DNA of 64,000 nucleotides, taken from positions 131,569 through 195,568 of the forward strand of contig MCFE01000055.1 in NCBI GenBank assembly GCA_002104905.1. The letters run 5' to 3'. Position 1 is the first letter of the stretch; each line of letters starts with the position of its first letter. The notes beneath the pieces were generated by a model. The model was given only the letters and a program-made list of their open reading frames with translations. It was not told where the DNA came from and searched no databases. Below are positions 63,788 through 64,000 of this stretch, piece after piece. The stretch is from Basidiobolus meristosporus CBS 931.73. Taxonomy: Eukaryota; Fungi; Basidiobolomycota. A program made the position numbers and the translations under genes.

Positions 63788-64000
63788 TGTTGTAAAAATT
63801 TGTATTTCCACCTAAATATTCACCTAACTTAGTCACTTAGATCATCACCTTCAAATCCTAGAGAATACTGACCAAATTCCTTGTCGGGATTTACTTAGAA
63901 TATTTTCACAAAATACCAGGTACCCAGAACATGAAAATTCTCAAAGTTGTCCAAACAGCCCCAAACTTTGCACACATGTTCTTGGGACCTTCCTTAACCT
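63788..64000 (+). repeat. 3' LTR, partial
   Basis: Direct repeat of 59452 onward, running off the window. Confidence 0.95.

Larger units (their letters stand above)
59452..64000 (+). mobile_element. Young Ty1/copia LTR retrotransposon; 3' LTR cut by window end
   Basis: 5' LTR 59452-59801 (TG...CA), PBS, gag-pol in PR-IN-RT-RH order, PPT and 3' LTR from 63788. Confidence 0.97.

Overview
Gene-dense eukaryotic window with short GT-AG introns (about 45-110 nt). It looks like an early-diverging fungus; a Basidiobolus-like assignment is inference only. About 20 protein-coding genes can be assembled by hand: SLC35F6-like (partial), NAA50, cystathionine beta-synthase, Hv1 proton channel, adenosine kinase, PMP47-like carrier, metacaspase, EVI5/Gyp5-like TBC Rab-GAP, Sel1-repeat protein, bacterial-type UPRT, URC1/urg1, a mitochondrial carrier, PHOSPHO2-like HAD phosphatase, AMP deaminase, an orphan 7TM protein, URC4/urg3 (DUF1688), a standalone 2xYccF protein, a 7TM-RGS protein, a Rid6-type RidA protein and presequence protease CYM1. 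There is also an unannotated 48-aa secreted cysteine peptide. The window ends in a young Ty1/copia retrotransposon with a Ty5/copia-style half-tRNA-iMet primer binding site, nested among older copies of its own family; a second cluster of the same LTRs lies at 39-41 kb. Best leads: (1) a loosely linked URC uracil-catabolism gene set (UPRT, URC1, URC4) with candidate accessory genes nearby; (2) a metacaspase prodomain with strict 6/12-residue Q/N/Y periodicity; (3) the small secreted Cys peptide; (4) multi-layer self-nesting of the retrotransposon. All homology calls come from motif recognition, not database searches. Exon boundaries were read by eye. No tRNA, rRNA or CRISPR array was found.
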